This document shows positions 20,009 to 30,405 of a stretch of DNA of 64,000 nt, piece by piece. A program made the position numbers and the translations under genes. The stretch lies in NCBI GenBank assembly GCA_016839555.1, contig JAEOUA010000010.1, forward strand, positions 64,001-128,000. Reading direction: 5' to 3'. Each line of letters opens with the position of its first letter. Position 1 is the first letter of the stretch. The notes beneath the pieces are model-generated. The model saw only the letters and a list, made by a program, of their open reading frames with translations. It was not told the DNA's origin and ran no database searches. The DNA comes from Promethearchaeota archaeon (lineage in GTDB: Archaea; Asgardarchaeota; Lokiarchaeia; Sigyniarchaeales; SOKP01).

Positions 20009-21167
20009 TGATTTATTAGAGCCTAAAATTCAATTTGCTACGGGTAATGAGGCAATCGTTTATGGAGCCTTATTAGCAAATTGTCGGTTTTTTGCAGGAT
20101 ATCCCATCACTCCTGCAAGTGAAATTCTAGAATTAATGGCTAAATATTTGCCCTTATTAAAGGGAGGATATTTTTTACAAATGGAAGATGAAATAGCTTC
20201 AATTGCAGCAATTATCGGAGCCAGCTGGAATAATTATAGAACAATGACCGCAACCTCCGGCCCTGGATTTTCCTTAATGCAGGAGAATATTGGATTTGCT
20301 TGTATGACAGAAACGCCTTGCGTAATCATTGATGTTCAGCGCTCTGGACCATCAACAGGACAACCCACCAAACCCGCACAAGGAGATATTATGGAAGTGA
20401 GATGGGGTACTCATGGAGATCATAATATTATAGCATTATATCCAAATAGTGTTCAAGAATCCCTTTGGATGACGATACGAGCTTTTAATTTGGCGGATAA
20501 ATACAGAGTGCCTGTAATTGTACTTTCAGATGCAGCAATTGCTCATATGAGAGAAAAATTAGTTATACCAAATCAAAATGAAGTAGATATCATCAAAAGA
20601 ATACCAGTGACTATTGAAAAGCCAAAATATCATCCTTTCCGAACAGGGTATACGCATCCAACTAAAGTGCCCGAAATGGATACTCTAGGAGGAAAATACC
20701 ATACTTATTTAACTGGGCTAACCCACGATTGGAAAGCTCATCCCGAGACAGATGATCCAGAAGTACATGAAAAATTAGTAAGACGATTTTATGAAAAAAT
20801 AGAAGATAATAAAGACGATATTATTAGCTATCAAGAAGAATATCTTGAGAATGCGGATATTGTGATAGTCTCTTATGGGATTACCTCTAGAGTAATAGGA
20901 ACAGCAATTGAAAAGGCAAGAGAGCAGGGTTATCGCGTGGGTCATTTTCGTTTAATAACTATATGGCCCTTTCCAGCAGAAGAGATTTTGGATCTTTCAT
21001 TAGAGATAAAAAAGTTTATTGTGGTAGAAATGAATCTTGGACAATTATATCATTCTATTGTAGAGTATTCAAATGGAAATTGCCAAGTAGATAAGCTTTT
21101 TTCCATAGGTGGTAAGATTCCAACTCCAAAGGACATTTTGAAAGTAATTAAAAAGAGGATATTATAG
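19989..21167 (+). CDS. korA: 2-oxoacid:ferredoxin oxidoreductase alpha subunit
   Basis: GYPITPASE, QMEDEIAS, TATSGPGFSLM, QRSGPSTGQPT. Confidence 0.95.
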   Translation: MKEIQVDDLLEPKIQFATGNEAIVYGALLANCRFFAGYPITPASEILELMAKYLPLLKGGYFLQMEDEIASIAAIIGASWNNYRTMTATSGPGFSLMQENIGFACMTETPCVIIDVQRSGPSTGQPTKPAQGDIMEVRWGTHGDHNIIALYPNSVQESLWMTIRAFNLADKYRVPVIVLSDAAIAHMREKLVIPNQNEVDIIKRIPVTIEKPKYHPFRTGYTHPTKVPEMDTLGGKYHTYLTGLTHDWKAHPETDDPEVHEKLVRRFYEKIEDNKDDIISYQEEYLENADIVIVSYGITSRVIGTAIEKAREQGYRVGHFRLITIWPFPAEEILDLSLEIKKFIVVEMNLGQLYHSIVEYSNGNCQVDKLFSIGGKIPTPKDILKVIKKRIL

Positions 21168-21170
21168 ACA

Positions 21171-22055
21171 ATGGCAAAATCGACAGAAGAATTAAGGGAA
21201 AAATATTTAAGAACAGATCTTTTACCTACAATTTTTTGTCCTGGTTGTGGGATCGGACAGATTATGCAATATGTGGTAAGAGCGATTAATGATCTTGAAA
21301 TTAATCAAGATAACTTAGTTTTTGTATCTGGTATTGGATGCTCATCTAGATTACCAGCATATTTTGAAGCTTATGGTGTGCATACGCTCCATGGTCGTGC
21401 ATTAGCATATGCAACTGGAATTAAAGTTACTAATCCAAATCTCACCGTTATTGTGTTCACTGGAGACGGAGATCTTGCAGCAATAGGTTTAGGTCATTTT
21501 CTTCATGCTATAAGGCGAAATATAGATATTAACGTTATATGTGTGAATAATGAAACTTATGGAATGACCGGAGGGCAAATAAGCCCAACAACATCCATGG
21601 GAACGATCACAAAAACCACGCCATATAGTAATATTGAACACTCCTTTAATCTTTCATTTTTAGCGAAAGCTGCAGGGGCAGTATATGTATCGCGATGGAC
21701 AACGGCACATTCTGTCCAGGTTATTAAATCCATTAAAAAAGGAATAAAAAAGAAGGGACTTGCCTTTATTGAATTGATTTCCCCATGTCCAACAAGCAAT
21801 AGAAAATACGAAGACCCTAAAGAATATTTAAATTATTTCCTCAATGAAACTATTAATTACTCTAAAGCATGCAAAGATGAATATTCAAGTCATATCTTTA
21901 AAGATTTAGATGAATGCTTTACCGCACGTTATCAAGGAAAGCTTATTATTGGCGAAATTACAGATCTTGATAAACCAGACTATCATACTTTATATGCACA
22001 ATTAAAAGAGAGAATCATAGATGAATATTGGGAAAAACGAGCAGAAAGAGAGTAA
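21171..22055 (+). CDS. korB: 2-oxoacid:ferredoxin oxidoreductase beta subunit
   Basis: FCPGCG, SGIGCS, HGRA, GDGD TPP motif, YGMTGGQ, SPCPT. Confidence 0.95.
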   Translation: MAKSTEELREKYLRTDLLPTIFCPGCGIGQIMQYVVRAINDLEINQDNLVFVSGIGCSSRLPAYFEAYGVHTLHGRALAYATGIKVTNPNLTVIVFTGDGDLAAIGLGHFLHAIRRNIDINVICVNNETYGMTGGQISPTTSMGTITKTTPYSNIEHSFNLSFLAKAAGAVYVSRWTTAHSVQVIKSIKKGIKKKGLAFIELISPCPTSNRKYEDPKEYLNYFLNETINYSKACKDEYSSHIFKDLDECFTARYQGKLIIGEITDLDKPDYHTLYAQLKERIIDEYWEKRAERE

Positions 22056-22566
22056 TATTAGGTTTTGTGGCTCAGGAGGAATGGGTGTTATCCTTGCAAG
22101 TATCATTTTAGGAAGAGCCGCCATTTATGAAGGTAAAAGTGCAATCCAAATTCAATCTTATGGCGCGGAACAGAGAGGTACTAGAGTTAAAAGCGACATT
22201 CTTATCTCCCAGCATGAGGAACCAGCTTTTCCTTTATTCGATAAGGTTGATATATTAGTAGCGTTTTCGCAAGAGGCCTTTAATCATTATCTAATTGATA
22301 TTTGGGAAGAAAGTATTGTAATCATAAATGAAGATCTTGTAGAATCTAAGGAAGAACGAAAAAATCTTTATAAGATCCCGGCAAGTTCTCTTGCAGGAGA
22401 TTTGAAAAACCCTAAAGTTATGAATATTATCATGCTCGGAGGATTAGTTAAAATAACAAATATTATTTCAAAAGATTCTTTACTTAAAGCCATTAATATT
22501 TCAGTCCCAAAAAAATATATTAAAGTAAACATTGAAGGATTTCAACAAGGATATAATATTATATAA
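22021..22566 (+). CDS. korC: 2-oxoacid:ferredoxin oxidoreductase gamma subunit
   Basis: GSGGMG, SYGAEQRG, NIIMLG. Confidence 0.92.
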   Translation: MNIGKNEQKESNIRFCGSGGMGVILASIILGRAAIYEGKSAIQIQSYGAEQRGTRVKSDILISQHEEPAFPLFDKVDILVAFSQEAFNHYLIDIWEESIVIINEDLVESKEERKNLYKIPASSLAGDLKNPKVMNIIMLGGLVKITNIISKDSLLKAINISVPKKYIKVNIEGFQQGYNII

Positions 22567-22615
22567 CAATCTTATTTGAAATTAAATTAAATATTTTAAT
22601 ATTAAAAATTGAATC

Positions 22616-23851
22616 ATGAATCGCCACTGTGCTATTATTGGAGTTGGGCATACTAAATTTGGACGAATAGAAGAAAAAAATTTAATGGATTTATTATGTG
22701 AAGCTTCCTTAGAAGCTATAAAAGACTCCAATACAGATACTAAGGATTTTGATTCGGTCTATGTTGGATGCATGAGTGCAAACGCTTTTAATAATATTTC
22801 GGGAATAGCAAGTGCATTAGTAGATAAGATTAGTCTATTACCTGCAGCGGCAGATCATATTAAGAATGGACCAGCCAGCGGGGGATCTGCTGTGAAAGCA
22901 GGATTTCAAGCTATAATGTCTGGCATGAGCGATCTAGTTCTTATTGTAGGAGGTGAAAAAATGACACATATTGCAAAACCAGGATTTATAACATCTAATG
23001 TTGCAACCATTACGCATCCCGAAGCGGAAAGAATTCATGGTGTTTCTCTTCCTGCTATGGCGGGTCTTTTAACCAGAACTTATCTAAATGAATATAATGC
23101 TAAATTAAGTTGGCTTTCAGATATCGCTATTAAAAATCATAATAATGGGGTGTTAAATCCTTTAGCTCATTTTCAGAAAAGTATAGAAGATATCATGAAA
23201 CACGCAATCAAAAAAGGGAAGGGAAATTGGAACGATATTCAAGAATTTTTAAAAGATGACAAAGTAAATCCTATAATTGCGGATCCACTTCGTTTATATC
23301 ATATATGCCCTATTTCCGATGGAAGTGCAGCACTCATTCTTTGTAATGCGGATATTGCGAAAGAATTTTGTGATACCCCTATATTAATTTCTGGAATTGG
23401 TCAAGCTACAGATACTCATATTATATATGAAAGAGAAGATATAACTACTTTAAAAGCATTGAAAATATGTTCTCAGCAAGCGTATAAAATGGCAGGAATT
23501 TCACCTGAAGATATTGATGTAGCTGAACTGCACGATGCTTTTGAAATTTTAGAAGCTGTTGAAAGTGAGGATATTGGATTCTTTCCCAAAGGAGAAGGGG
23601 CAAAAGCAGCTCATGAGGGTTTGACAGAGATAGGAGGGAAAATTCCAATCAATCCATCGGGAGGTTTAAAAGCACGTGGTCATCCTTTAGGTGCTACTGG
23701 TGTGGCGCAAATTGTCGAATTATATTGGCAATTACAAGGAGAGGCGGGAAAACGACAAATCGATGGGGCTGAAAAAGGTATAAGCTGTAATTTTGGAGGT
23801 TTTGGAAATAATATATTATCTTTTATTTTAGAGAGAATGGATCGGATTTAG
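22616..23851 (+). CDS. SCP2/archaeal-type thiolase-fold protein lacking the nucleophilic Cys
   Basis: GGEKM, PISDGSAA, ELHDAF, NPSGGL..GHPLGATG; NGPASG in place of the usual xACASG. Confidence 0.88.
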   Translation: MNRHCAIIGVGHTKFGRIEEKNLMDLLCEASLEAIKDSNTDTKDFDSVYVGCMSANAFNNISGIASALVDKISLLPAAADHIKNGPASGGSAVKAGFQAIMSGMSDLVLIVGGEKMTHIAKPGFITSNVATITHPEAERIHGVSLPAMAGLLTRTYLNEYNAKLSWLSDIAIKNHNNGVLNPLAHFQKSIEDIMKHAIKKGKGNWNDIQEFLKDDKVNPIIADPLRLYHICPISDGSAALILCNADIAKEFCDTPILISGIGQATDTHIIYEREDITTLKALKICSQQAYKMAGISPEDIDVAELHDAFEILEAVESEDIGFFPKGEGAKAAHEGLTEIGGKIPINPSGGLKARGHPLGATGVAQIVELYWQLQGEAGKRQIDGAEKGISCNFGGFGNNILSFILERMDRI

Positions 23852-23854
23852 AGA

Positions 23855-24223
23855 ATGAATGAAAATATAATTGAAATTCGATGGAAAAAATGTAATAATT
23901 GTGGATTCTTACAACATAATTCTCATTTAAGATGTCTGCAATGTAAAAGTGATAACTTTTCTTTAATTAATCCATCTGGACTTGGAACACTAGTAAGTTA
24001 TACTATTTTAAATGCTCCACCCATGGAATTTAGAGAAAAAAAATCTTACGCTTTGGGAATTATAGAATTTAGTAATAATATTAAAACTTTAGGGCAAATC
24101 ACAAGAACTGATAATTTAAAAATTGGGATGAAATTAAAACCAATTTATCAAGAAATATGCCCTAATTTAGATGGAAAAAAAGTTATAACATATATATTTG
24201 AACCTATAGAGAAATTAGCCTGA
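23855..24223 (+). CDS. DUF35 Zn-ribbon/OB-fold protein (thiolase partner)
   Basis: CNNCG...CLQC, G.LVSYT, Y.LGIIE; directly follows the thiolase-like gene. Confidence 0.9.
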   Translation: MNENIIEIRWKKCNNCGFLQHNSHLRCLQCKSDNFSLINPSGLGTLVSYTILNAPPMEFREKKSYALGIIEFSNNIKTLGQITRTDNLKIGMKLKPIYQEICPNLDGKKVITYIFEPIEKLA

Positions 24224-24240
24224 GAAGAGGGATCAAAATA

Positions 24241-25917
24241 ATGTTTTCTAAAGAAGAGTTAAATAAAATAAAACAATTAAAAAAGAATTGGAAATCTAAG
24301 GTTTTAAAAAATAATGTAAAGAAAGGGGAGAGAAAAGATAAAATTGAGACTCCCTCTGGGATTACTTTAAAGGAAATTTATGATCCACTAAATATTAAAA
24401 ATTTAGATTATCTAGAACACCTCTCTTATCCAGGCTTACCTCCTTATACCCGAGGAGTCTATCCAACCATGTATAGAGGACGATTATGGACAATGCGACA
24501 ATATAGTGGATTTGCGGATGCGCAGAAAACAAATGAACGATTTAAATACCTTATTTCTCAAGGACAAAAAGGATTATCTATTGCTTTTGATCTCCCCACT
24601 CAAATGGGTTATGATCCAGATAATGAATTATGTATCGGAGAAGTTGGAAGAGTTGGTGTTTCAGTTAGTTCATTAAAAGACTTTGAACAATTGTTTGAAG
24701 GTATTCCCCTAGATCAAATATCTACTAGTATGACAATAAATTCACCTACCGCAATTCTTTTAGCAATGTATATTGTTGTTGCCGAACAAAAAGGAATCGA
24801 GAAGGCAAAACTGAGGGGGACTGTACAGAATGATATTTTAAAAGAATATGTAGCCAGAGGTACTTATATTTTTCCTCCAGATCCTTCATTAAGATTAACA
24901 GCAGATGTGATTGAGTATTGTTCAAAATATATGCCTCTTTTTAATATCATAAGTATTAGTGGCTATCATATGCGGGAAGCAGGGTCTAATGCAATACAAG
25001 AGGTAGCATTTACATTAGCTAATGGAATTAGCTATGTGAAGGAAGTTTTAAAGAGAGGTATGAATATTGATGAGTTTGCGCCTAGATTATCATTTTTTTT
25101 TGCAGCACAAAATAATTTTTTTGAAGAAATTGCTAAATTTAGAGCAGCTAGACGATTATGGGCACGAATTATGAAAACAAAATTTAATGCTAAAGATCCT
25201 AAGTCTTTAAAAATGAGATTCCATACACAGACGGCCGGAATAACCTTAACTGCACAACAGCCTAAAGTTAATATAATAAGAGTTGCGCTTCAAGCATTAT
25301 CTAGCATTCTTGGAGGTACCCAAAGTCTTCATACATGTGGGGCAGACGAAGCATTAAGTATCCCTACAAAAGATTCTGTGAGATTATCATTAAGAACCCA
25401 ACAAGTAATAGCATATGAATCGGGTGTGTCAGATGTAATAGATCCATTAGGAGGGTCATATTATCTCGAATCTTTAACCACTGAATTAGAACAAAGAGCA
25501 ATGGAATATATAGATAAAATTGAGGAAATGGGGGGTATGGCAGCAGCAATAAATAAAAACTTTATTCAAAAAGAAATCTCCAATAATGCCTATTTGACCC
25601 AAAAAAAAATCGAGGAAGGTAATATAAAAATAATAGGTGTAAATATATTTCAAAGCAAGTATGATTTAGAAACCGAGACATTTAAATTTGATGAGAGTAT
25701 AGCTGAAAAAAAAATAAAGGAATTACAACAATTAAAAAAGGAAAGAGATAATGAAGCGGTACATGAGAGCTTAATTAATTTAAAAAAAGTAGCAGCAACT
25801 AATGAAAATATTATGCCTTCAATAATCAAAACAGTAAAATCATATGCTACTCTTCAAGAGATTTGTGATATATTAAGAGATGTATTTGGAATATATCAAA
25901 AAAGACAGATTTTTTGA
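24241..25917 (+). CDS. mcmA: Methylmalonyl-CoA mutase, substrate-binding subunit
   Basis: PYTRGVYPTMYRGRLWTMRQYSGF, AFDLPTQ, QNDILKE, SISGYH, GGTQSLHT; no B12-binding domain. Confidence 0.93.
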   Translation: MFSKEELNKIKQLKKNWKSKVLKNNVKKGERKDKIETPSGITLKEIYDPLNIKNLDYLEHLSYPGLPPYTRGVYPTMYRGRLWTMRQYSGFADAQKTNERFKYLISQGQKGLSIAFDLPTQMGYDPDNELCIGEVGRVGVSVSSLKDFEQLFEGIPLDQISTSMTINSPTAILLAMYIVVAEQKGIEKAKLRGTVQNDILKEYVARGTYIFPPDPSLRLTADVIEYCSKYMPLFNIISISGYHMREAGSNAIQEVAFTLANGISYVKEVLKRGMNIDEFAPRLSFFFAAQNNFFEEIAKFRAARRLWARIMKTKFNAKDPKSLKMRFHTQTAGITLTAQQPKVNIIRVALQALSSILGGTQSLHTCGADEALSIPTKDSVRLSLRTQQVIAYESGVSDVIDPLGGSYYLESLTTELEQRAMEYIDKIEEMGGMAAAINKNFIQKEISNNAYLTQKKIEEGNIKIIGVNIFQSKYDLETETFKFDESIAEKKIKELQQLKKERDNEAVHESLINLKKVAATNENIMPSIIKTVKSYATLQEICDILRDVFGIYQKRQIF

Positions 25918-25974
25918 AATGAAAGTAGATGACTTATATTTTTTTATTTTTGTAATTTAATTCTTTATAGATTA

Positions 25975-27009
25975 TTATTGATTATTTTTCTTTAATAAGC
26001 GTTTTAATTGTTTATTAACAAAAGTACTAGCGATATGTATGATCCCGCTCTTGACTTTTGGATTAGAGAAAATAATTAGGATATTATCACTTAAATCTGC
26101 AGTATTATAATAAAGAGGTGCTAAATCTAACACACCTTCTGTTCCTCTGAGTGTTATCGAATGCAAAACACCAGCATTTAAACCATCAATAATATCTGTT
26201 CCAATCATGAATAAATTTTGTGCGATTGTGGCAAATAAGGAATCAGAAGCTCGATCAGAAATGGCAGATGCTAGGATTTTTCCATCATTATTTAAGATTG
26301 CAGATGCTTCTATATGTATATCTATATTTAATAATTCCTTCAATACTTCATTTAAATTTTCCGGTTTTAACTCTTTTTTACTTTTAACTTTTTCATATGA
26401 TTGTTCCTTATTAACTGTCAATTCAGGAGATGGTAACTTTTCTGATAAAAATGATAAAACTGTTTTCATATCCTTAGCTAGACGCTTTTGCCTATCTGGA
26501 GTGGCTGGTAAACATTCTTCCTTAGTTGATAATTCTTGCGTTTCATCGATTAAGTTTGATTTTGAGGGCTTTTTTATCTCTTTCTTATATGAAGGGGTTA
26601 AAAAAGAACCATCAAAAGGTATTGGGTCAATTTCCTTTAAATATTCTTTTTTATCATATTCCATCTCAATTGAATTAGACTCAAATGATGGTTCCTCATT
26701 TGTCGTTAACCCTTTATTTGGTATATCTTGAAGGTCTGATTTCTTTGGTTTTTGTTGAGACTTTGAATTCTTGCTTAGATTAGGGCCACTAAAGAATTTT
26801 AATTCTCCATATAAATCCATTTTTTGATTATTTTGGACATCTTGATCTTTTTTCTTATTTTTTGGCAAATTTTCTAGGGTATTATTTGCATTTCCATATT
26901 GAATTCGAACTCGTGGAGGTTCGGATGATACAGGGAGAACTGCGCCACATCTTCTACAAACCTTTGCATCATCTCCATTTGATGACCCACAATTACTGCA
27001 TATTCTCAT
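25975..27009 (-). CDS. Zinc ribbon + disordered linker + roadblock/LC7 protein
   Basis: CSNCG...CRRCG; long polar linker; LNEVLKELL..IEASAILNNDGKILAS roadblock. Confidence 0.8.
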   Translation of the reverse strand: MRICSNCGSSNGDDAKVCRRCGAVLPVSSEPPRVRIQYGNANNTLENLPKNKKKDQDVQNNQKMDLYGELKFFSGPNLSKNSKSQQKPKKSDLQDIPNKGLTTNEEPSFESNSIEMEYDKKEYLKEIDPIPFDGSFLTPSYKKEIKKPSKSNLIDETQELSTKEECLPATPDRQKRLAKDMKTVLSFLSEKLPSPELTVNKEQSYEKVKSKKELKPENLNEVLKELLNIDIHIEASAILNNDGKILASAISDRASDSLFATIAQNLFMIGTDIIDGLNAGVLHSITLRGTEGVLDLAPLYYNTADLSDNILIIFSNPKVKSGIIHIASTFVNKQLKRLLKKNNQ

Positions 27010-27215
27010 GCTTAACCTCTAATATTTTAGATATTAAATGATATAAATGATATATTGTTTTTTATATAAATATGCTTCCTTTTTTATAAATTACAGTCTA
27101 AAAGAACTATAAAAACAAAATAATAAAAATTTATTCTTTATAAATTGAAAACCTAAATTTTGAAATAGTTACATGCTATTAATATTAAAAAATATTTAAA
27201 AAAACCAAGAAAAAT

Positions 27216-28154
27216 TTACCTAATAAATGATTCCAAAAAATTACTTAATATTACTACTGAATCATTATTATAGGTGGATTCCTTCTTTACAAAAAGTAGA
27301 TAATAAGGTGGATTAACCCTTATTTGGGAAAAGAAAAAATATCTATTATGTCGATATACAATAATTTTATCTTCTGGATTCTTTACAGAAAAACCTCTGG
27401 TCCCAACTAATAGATTAAATCGGTCATTTAAGCGAAGAAAATAAGGAGGAACTAAATTCATTAATTCTTCAATATTGTTATCTTCAAAAAAAGAACTGAC
27501 TATTAAGGAATTATTATCAATTAATACTGCCCCTTCACAGTTTTCTTTATAAGCAAATTGTTCTAATGTTCTATTTAATAACTCAGGTTTATCTATAAGT
27601 GTGAGGAAAATTTCAGACATTACTTGTATTAATCCAGAAATATCATATACAGAAGTCTTATAGAAATAGAGCCGTTTATAGTTAGATGCTTTCTTAATAT
27701 CTTCCTTTAAATTGATTATTAATTCCGAATATTCATTTAATGCACTTCTTTCCAACGCGGGATCGTACTTATGAAAGAATATATAAATTGGAGGATTGAT
27801 TTCTAATTCCTCAAATTTTTTGATAACATCATCAAGATAACTAAGAGCCTCTGGAATCCTTTTTTTATTTCTGATGTCTATACAAAAGATACAGATTTCT
27901 GTATTATCGAAATATTTACCAGGATTTTTAATATATGAGATACGATAGAGTTCTTGTCCACCAAGGTCCCACTCGCTTATGTTTCTTCCTAAGAAACTAA
28001 AAACCCTTCTCTGAGCCCCTCTAGTGGGAGTAATAGAAGATATTTTCGAAAATTCTCTTTGTAAAGCTAGTATAATAGAGCTTTTTCCTGCATTATCCAA
28101 TCCGGTGAAGAGAATCTTCTCAACCTCGATGTCCTCTTGTTTTAAATATTCCAT
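27216..28154 (-). CDS. Rag/Gtr-like small GTPase with C-terminal roadblock
   Basis: GLDNAGKSS, PTRG, WDLGGQ, HKYD, KTSVYD; L..TLEQFA...EGAVLIDNNSLIVSS roadblock. Confidence 0.88.
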   Translation of the reverse strand: MEYLKQEDIEVEKILFTGLDNAGKSSIILALQREFSKISSITPTRGAQRRVFSFLGRNISEWDLGGQELYRISYIKNPGKYFDNTEICIFCIDIRNKKRIPEALSYLDDVIKKFEELEINPPIYIFFHKYDPALERSALNEYSELIINLKEDIKKASNYKRLYFYKTSVYDISGLIQVMSEIFLTLIDKPELLNRTLEQFAYKENCEGAVLIDNNSLIVSSFFEDNNIEELMNLVPPYFLRLNDRFNLLVGTRGFSVKNPEDKIIVYRHNRYFFFSQIRVNPPYYLLFVKKESTYNNDSVVILSNFLESFIR

Positions 28155-28220
28155 TTGTGAATTTCACCTTACACTCATTAATATTTATTATAATAAATAA
28201 ATATAATAAATATTTGCAAT

Positions 28221-29573
28221 CTAGAAATTTTCTTTTAAAAAGGCTTTAAAATCTTGATATGTTTCAATTTTAACGGGATTGGGAATTTCTTTTTTTTTTT
28301 CAATTTTTTTTAATGATATTGGCATTTCTGGAGTAATATTGATTAGATTAATGATTTCATCAGGAAATTTAGCAGGATCCGCTGTTTCTAAGGTGATTGA
28401 TTTTAATTTGAAATCCCTTGGATAATCTCTTCGATATTTTTGGAGCGCAGCCCAGCCTACAGCACCATGAGGCTCAATAATTTTATTAAAATTTTTATAA
28501 AATCTTTCGATTGTTTTTTTCGTCAATTCATCGGAGATAGAATAAGAAACGATATCTTGACGTATTTTATCCATATTAGGCTTCTTAAGAAGATTTCCTT
28601 TTTCGTTCATTTGTCCTCCATATAAATCAATTAATCTTGCCAAGTTAGAAGGATGCCCAACATTCATAGCATTAGAAATGCAGTTTATGGAGGGCTCTAT
28701 TTTTTGATATACTCCTGTTTTTAGAAATTGAGGGAATTCATTGTTTTCATTTACAGCGGCAATGAATTTACCACCAGGGAGTCCCATTCTATATGCGATT
28801 AACCCTCCCATTAAATTTCCAAAATTTCCTGAGGGAGCTGAAAATATAATTTTTTCATCTTTTTTTTCTATAATTTGAGCATAACTCCAAAAATAATAAA
28901 GAGTTTGAGGCAATAAACGTCCAAAATTTATTGAGTTGGCAGAGGATAAATTTAAATGCGAAAGATCCTCATCTGCAAATGCGGTTTTTACCATTTTCTG
29001 ACAATCATCAAATTTTTCTTCTATTCCAATCGAAATAATATTTTTTCCTAATGTGGTCATTTGTTTTCGTTGTAATTCACTTATTTCATTTTTAGGATAT
29101 AACACAACGACTTTAATTCCATTTATCTCATAGAAAGCATTACACGCAGCACCTCCAGTATCTCCACTTGTGGCAACAAGAATAATAATATTCATATTTT
29201 CTTGTTTAAGGAAATATTCCATTAAATTCGCCAATGTTCTCATACCTATATCCTTAAAGCTACAAGTTGGACCCCGATCCAAATAACAAATATAATCCTT
29301 TTTAGTTATCTTTTCAATGGGTGCAGGAAAATTTAAAGCTCTATTAATTATTGTTTTTAAATCATCTGAGGGAATCTCATCCCCAATTATTTTTGATAAA
29401 ACTATAAAAGCGATTTCTTGGAATTCTAAATTTTTAAAAGAATAAATTTGATTTTTATTTAATTTAGGAATTTGATTTAGCATATATAATCCTTTGTCTA
29501 AGGCTTGCCCCCTTAAAATTGCTGTTTTAAATCCGACTTCCTTTGTTTTATAATTTGTAGAATGAAATAACAT
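28221..29573 (-). CDS. thrC: Threonine synthase
   Basis: GPTCSFKD PLP lysine, ATSGDTG, SANSINFGR, PSGNFGN, TADPAKF. Confidence 0.95.
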   Translation of the reverse strand: MLFHSTNYKTKEVGFKTAILRGQALDKGLYMLNQIPKLNKNQIYSFKNLEFQEIAFIVLSKIIGDEIPSDDLKTIINRALNFPAPIEKITKKDYICYLDRGPTCSFKDIGMRTLANLMEYFLKQENMNIIILVATSGDTGGAACNAFYEINGIKVVVLYPKNEISELQRKQMTTLGKNIISIGIEEKFDDCQKMVKTAFADEDLSHLNLSSANSINFGRLLPQTLYYFWSYAQIIEKKDEKIIFSAPSGNFGNLMGGLIAYRMGLPGGKFIAAVNENNEFPQFLKTGVYQKIEPSINCISNAMNVGHPSNLARLIDLYGGQMNEKGNLLKKPNMDKIRQDIVSYSISDELTKKTIERFYKNFNKIIEPHGAVGWAALQKYRRDYPRDFKLKSITLETADPAKFPDEIINLINITPEMPISLKKIEKKKEIPNPVKIETYQDFKAFLKENF

Positions 29574-29844
29574 AATTTATATGATAAAGTTAACCAAAAT
29601 TAATTAAAATTTTCCAAAAAAATCTGTGATATCAAAATATATCATAATTTCTTTTCCATTTACTTCAATAACTTTATTTATTTATACTATAATATCTGGC
29701 TTTAATCTTTTTCCAACTGGGATAAGTGTATTTTTAAAAAATTTATTATAGAATTAGATTTTGTTTTAAAGTTTTCTTTAAGCATTTCCTTCTTATTCCT
29801 ATTTTCTTCGCTTTTTTCGGATAATATGATTTAATCACTTAATT

Positions 29845-30405
29845 TTAAAATTCTTCTGCCAAATCCAGATTTATTTTCATATTTTTTTTATTAATTAATT
29901 TATTAACCAATTCAAGAACTTGTTCTGGTGATTCTGCTTCATAAATTTTATCGTTTCTTCTATTATCAATGCTTTTTCCAGCTAATTTTTCCGACCAGCC
30001 TCCAACACCTGTTAATGCTATAACTGGCTTTTCATATATCCAAGCGAAAGCCATCTCACTTAAAGTTCCTGCTTTTCCTCCAATGGCAACAACTATATCT
30101 CCACTAAGAACCACCACAATATTTCTTGCTTGTGAAAATGGTACGGGTATTGCAATATCTACATATCGATTAGCAGCATCTTTTTGCTTATAAGGAATGA
30201 TTCCAATAGTAAGACCGTTTTCTTGCTTTGCACCTTTACACACTGCCTCCATCCCACCAAAAAGCCCTCCACAGGCAATAGCATATTTATTTTTTGCTAA
30301 AAGCTTGCCTATTTCAAATGCTTTTTTTTCAGTATTAGTATCGATTTCACTCCCACAAATAATTGAAATTATTCCTTTATAATCTCGTTGAAAATTAAAG
30401 TCCAT
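29845..30405 (-). CDS. TIGR00725/LOG (SLOG) family protein
   Basis: CGGLFGGMEAVCKGA, ARN, GGKAGTLSEMAFA. Confidence 0.9.
   Translation of the reverse strand: MDFNFQRDYKGIISIICGSEIDTNTEKKAFEIGKLLAKNKYAIACGGLFGGMEAVCKGAKQENGLTIGIIPYKQKDAANRYVDIAIPVPFSQARNIVVVLSGDIVVAIGGKAGTLSEMAFAWIYEKPVIALTGVGGWSEKLAGKSIDNRRNDKIYEAESPEQVLELVNKLINKKNMKINLDLAEEF

Noticed and set aside
26207-26731. 174-aa plus-strand ORF, and other short ORFs overlapping called genes (e.g. 3803-4138, 51275-51787, 59505-59816)
   Set aside because: They lie antisense to or within well-supported genes and have no recognisable motifs
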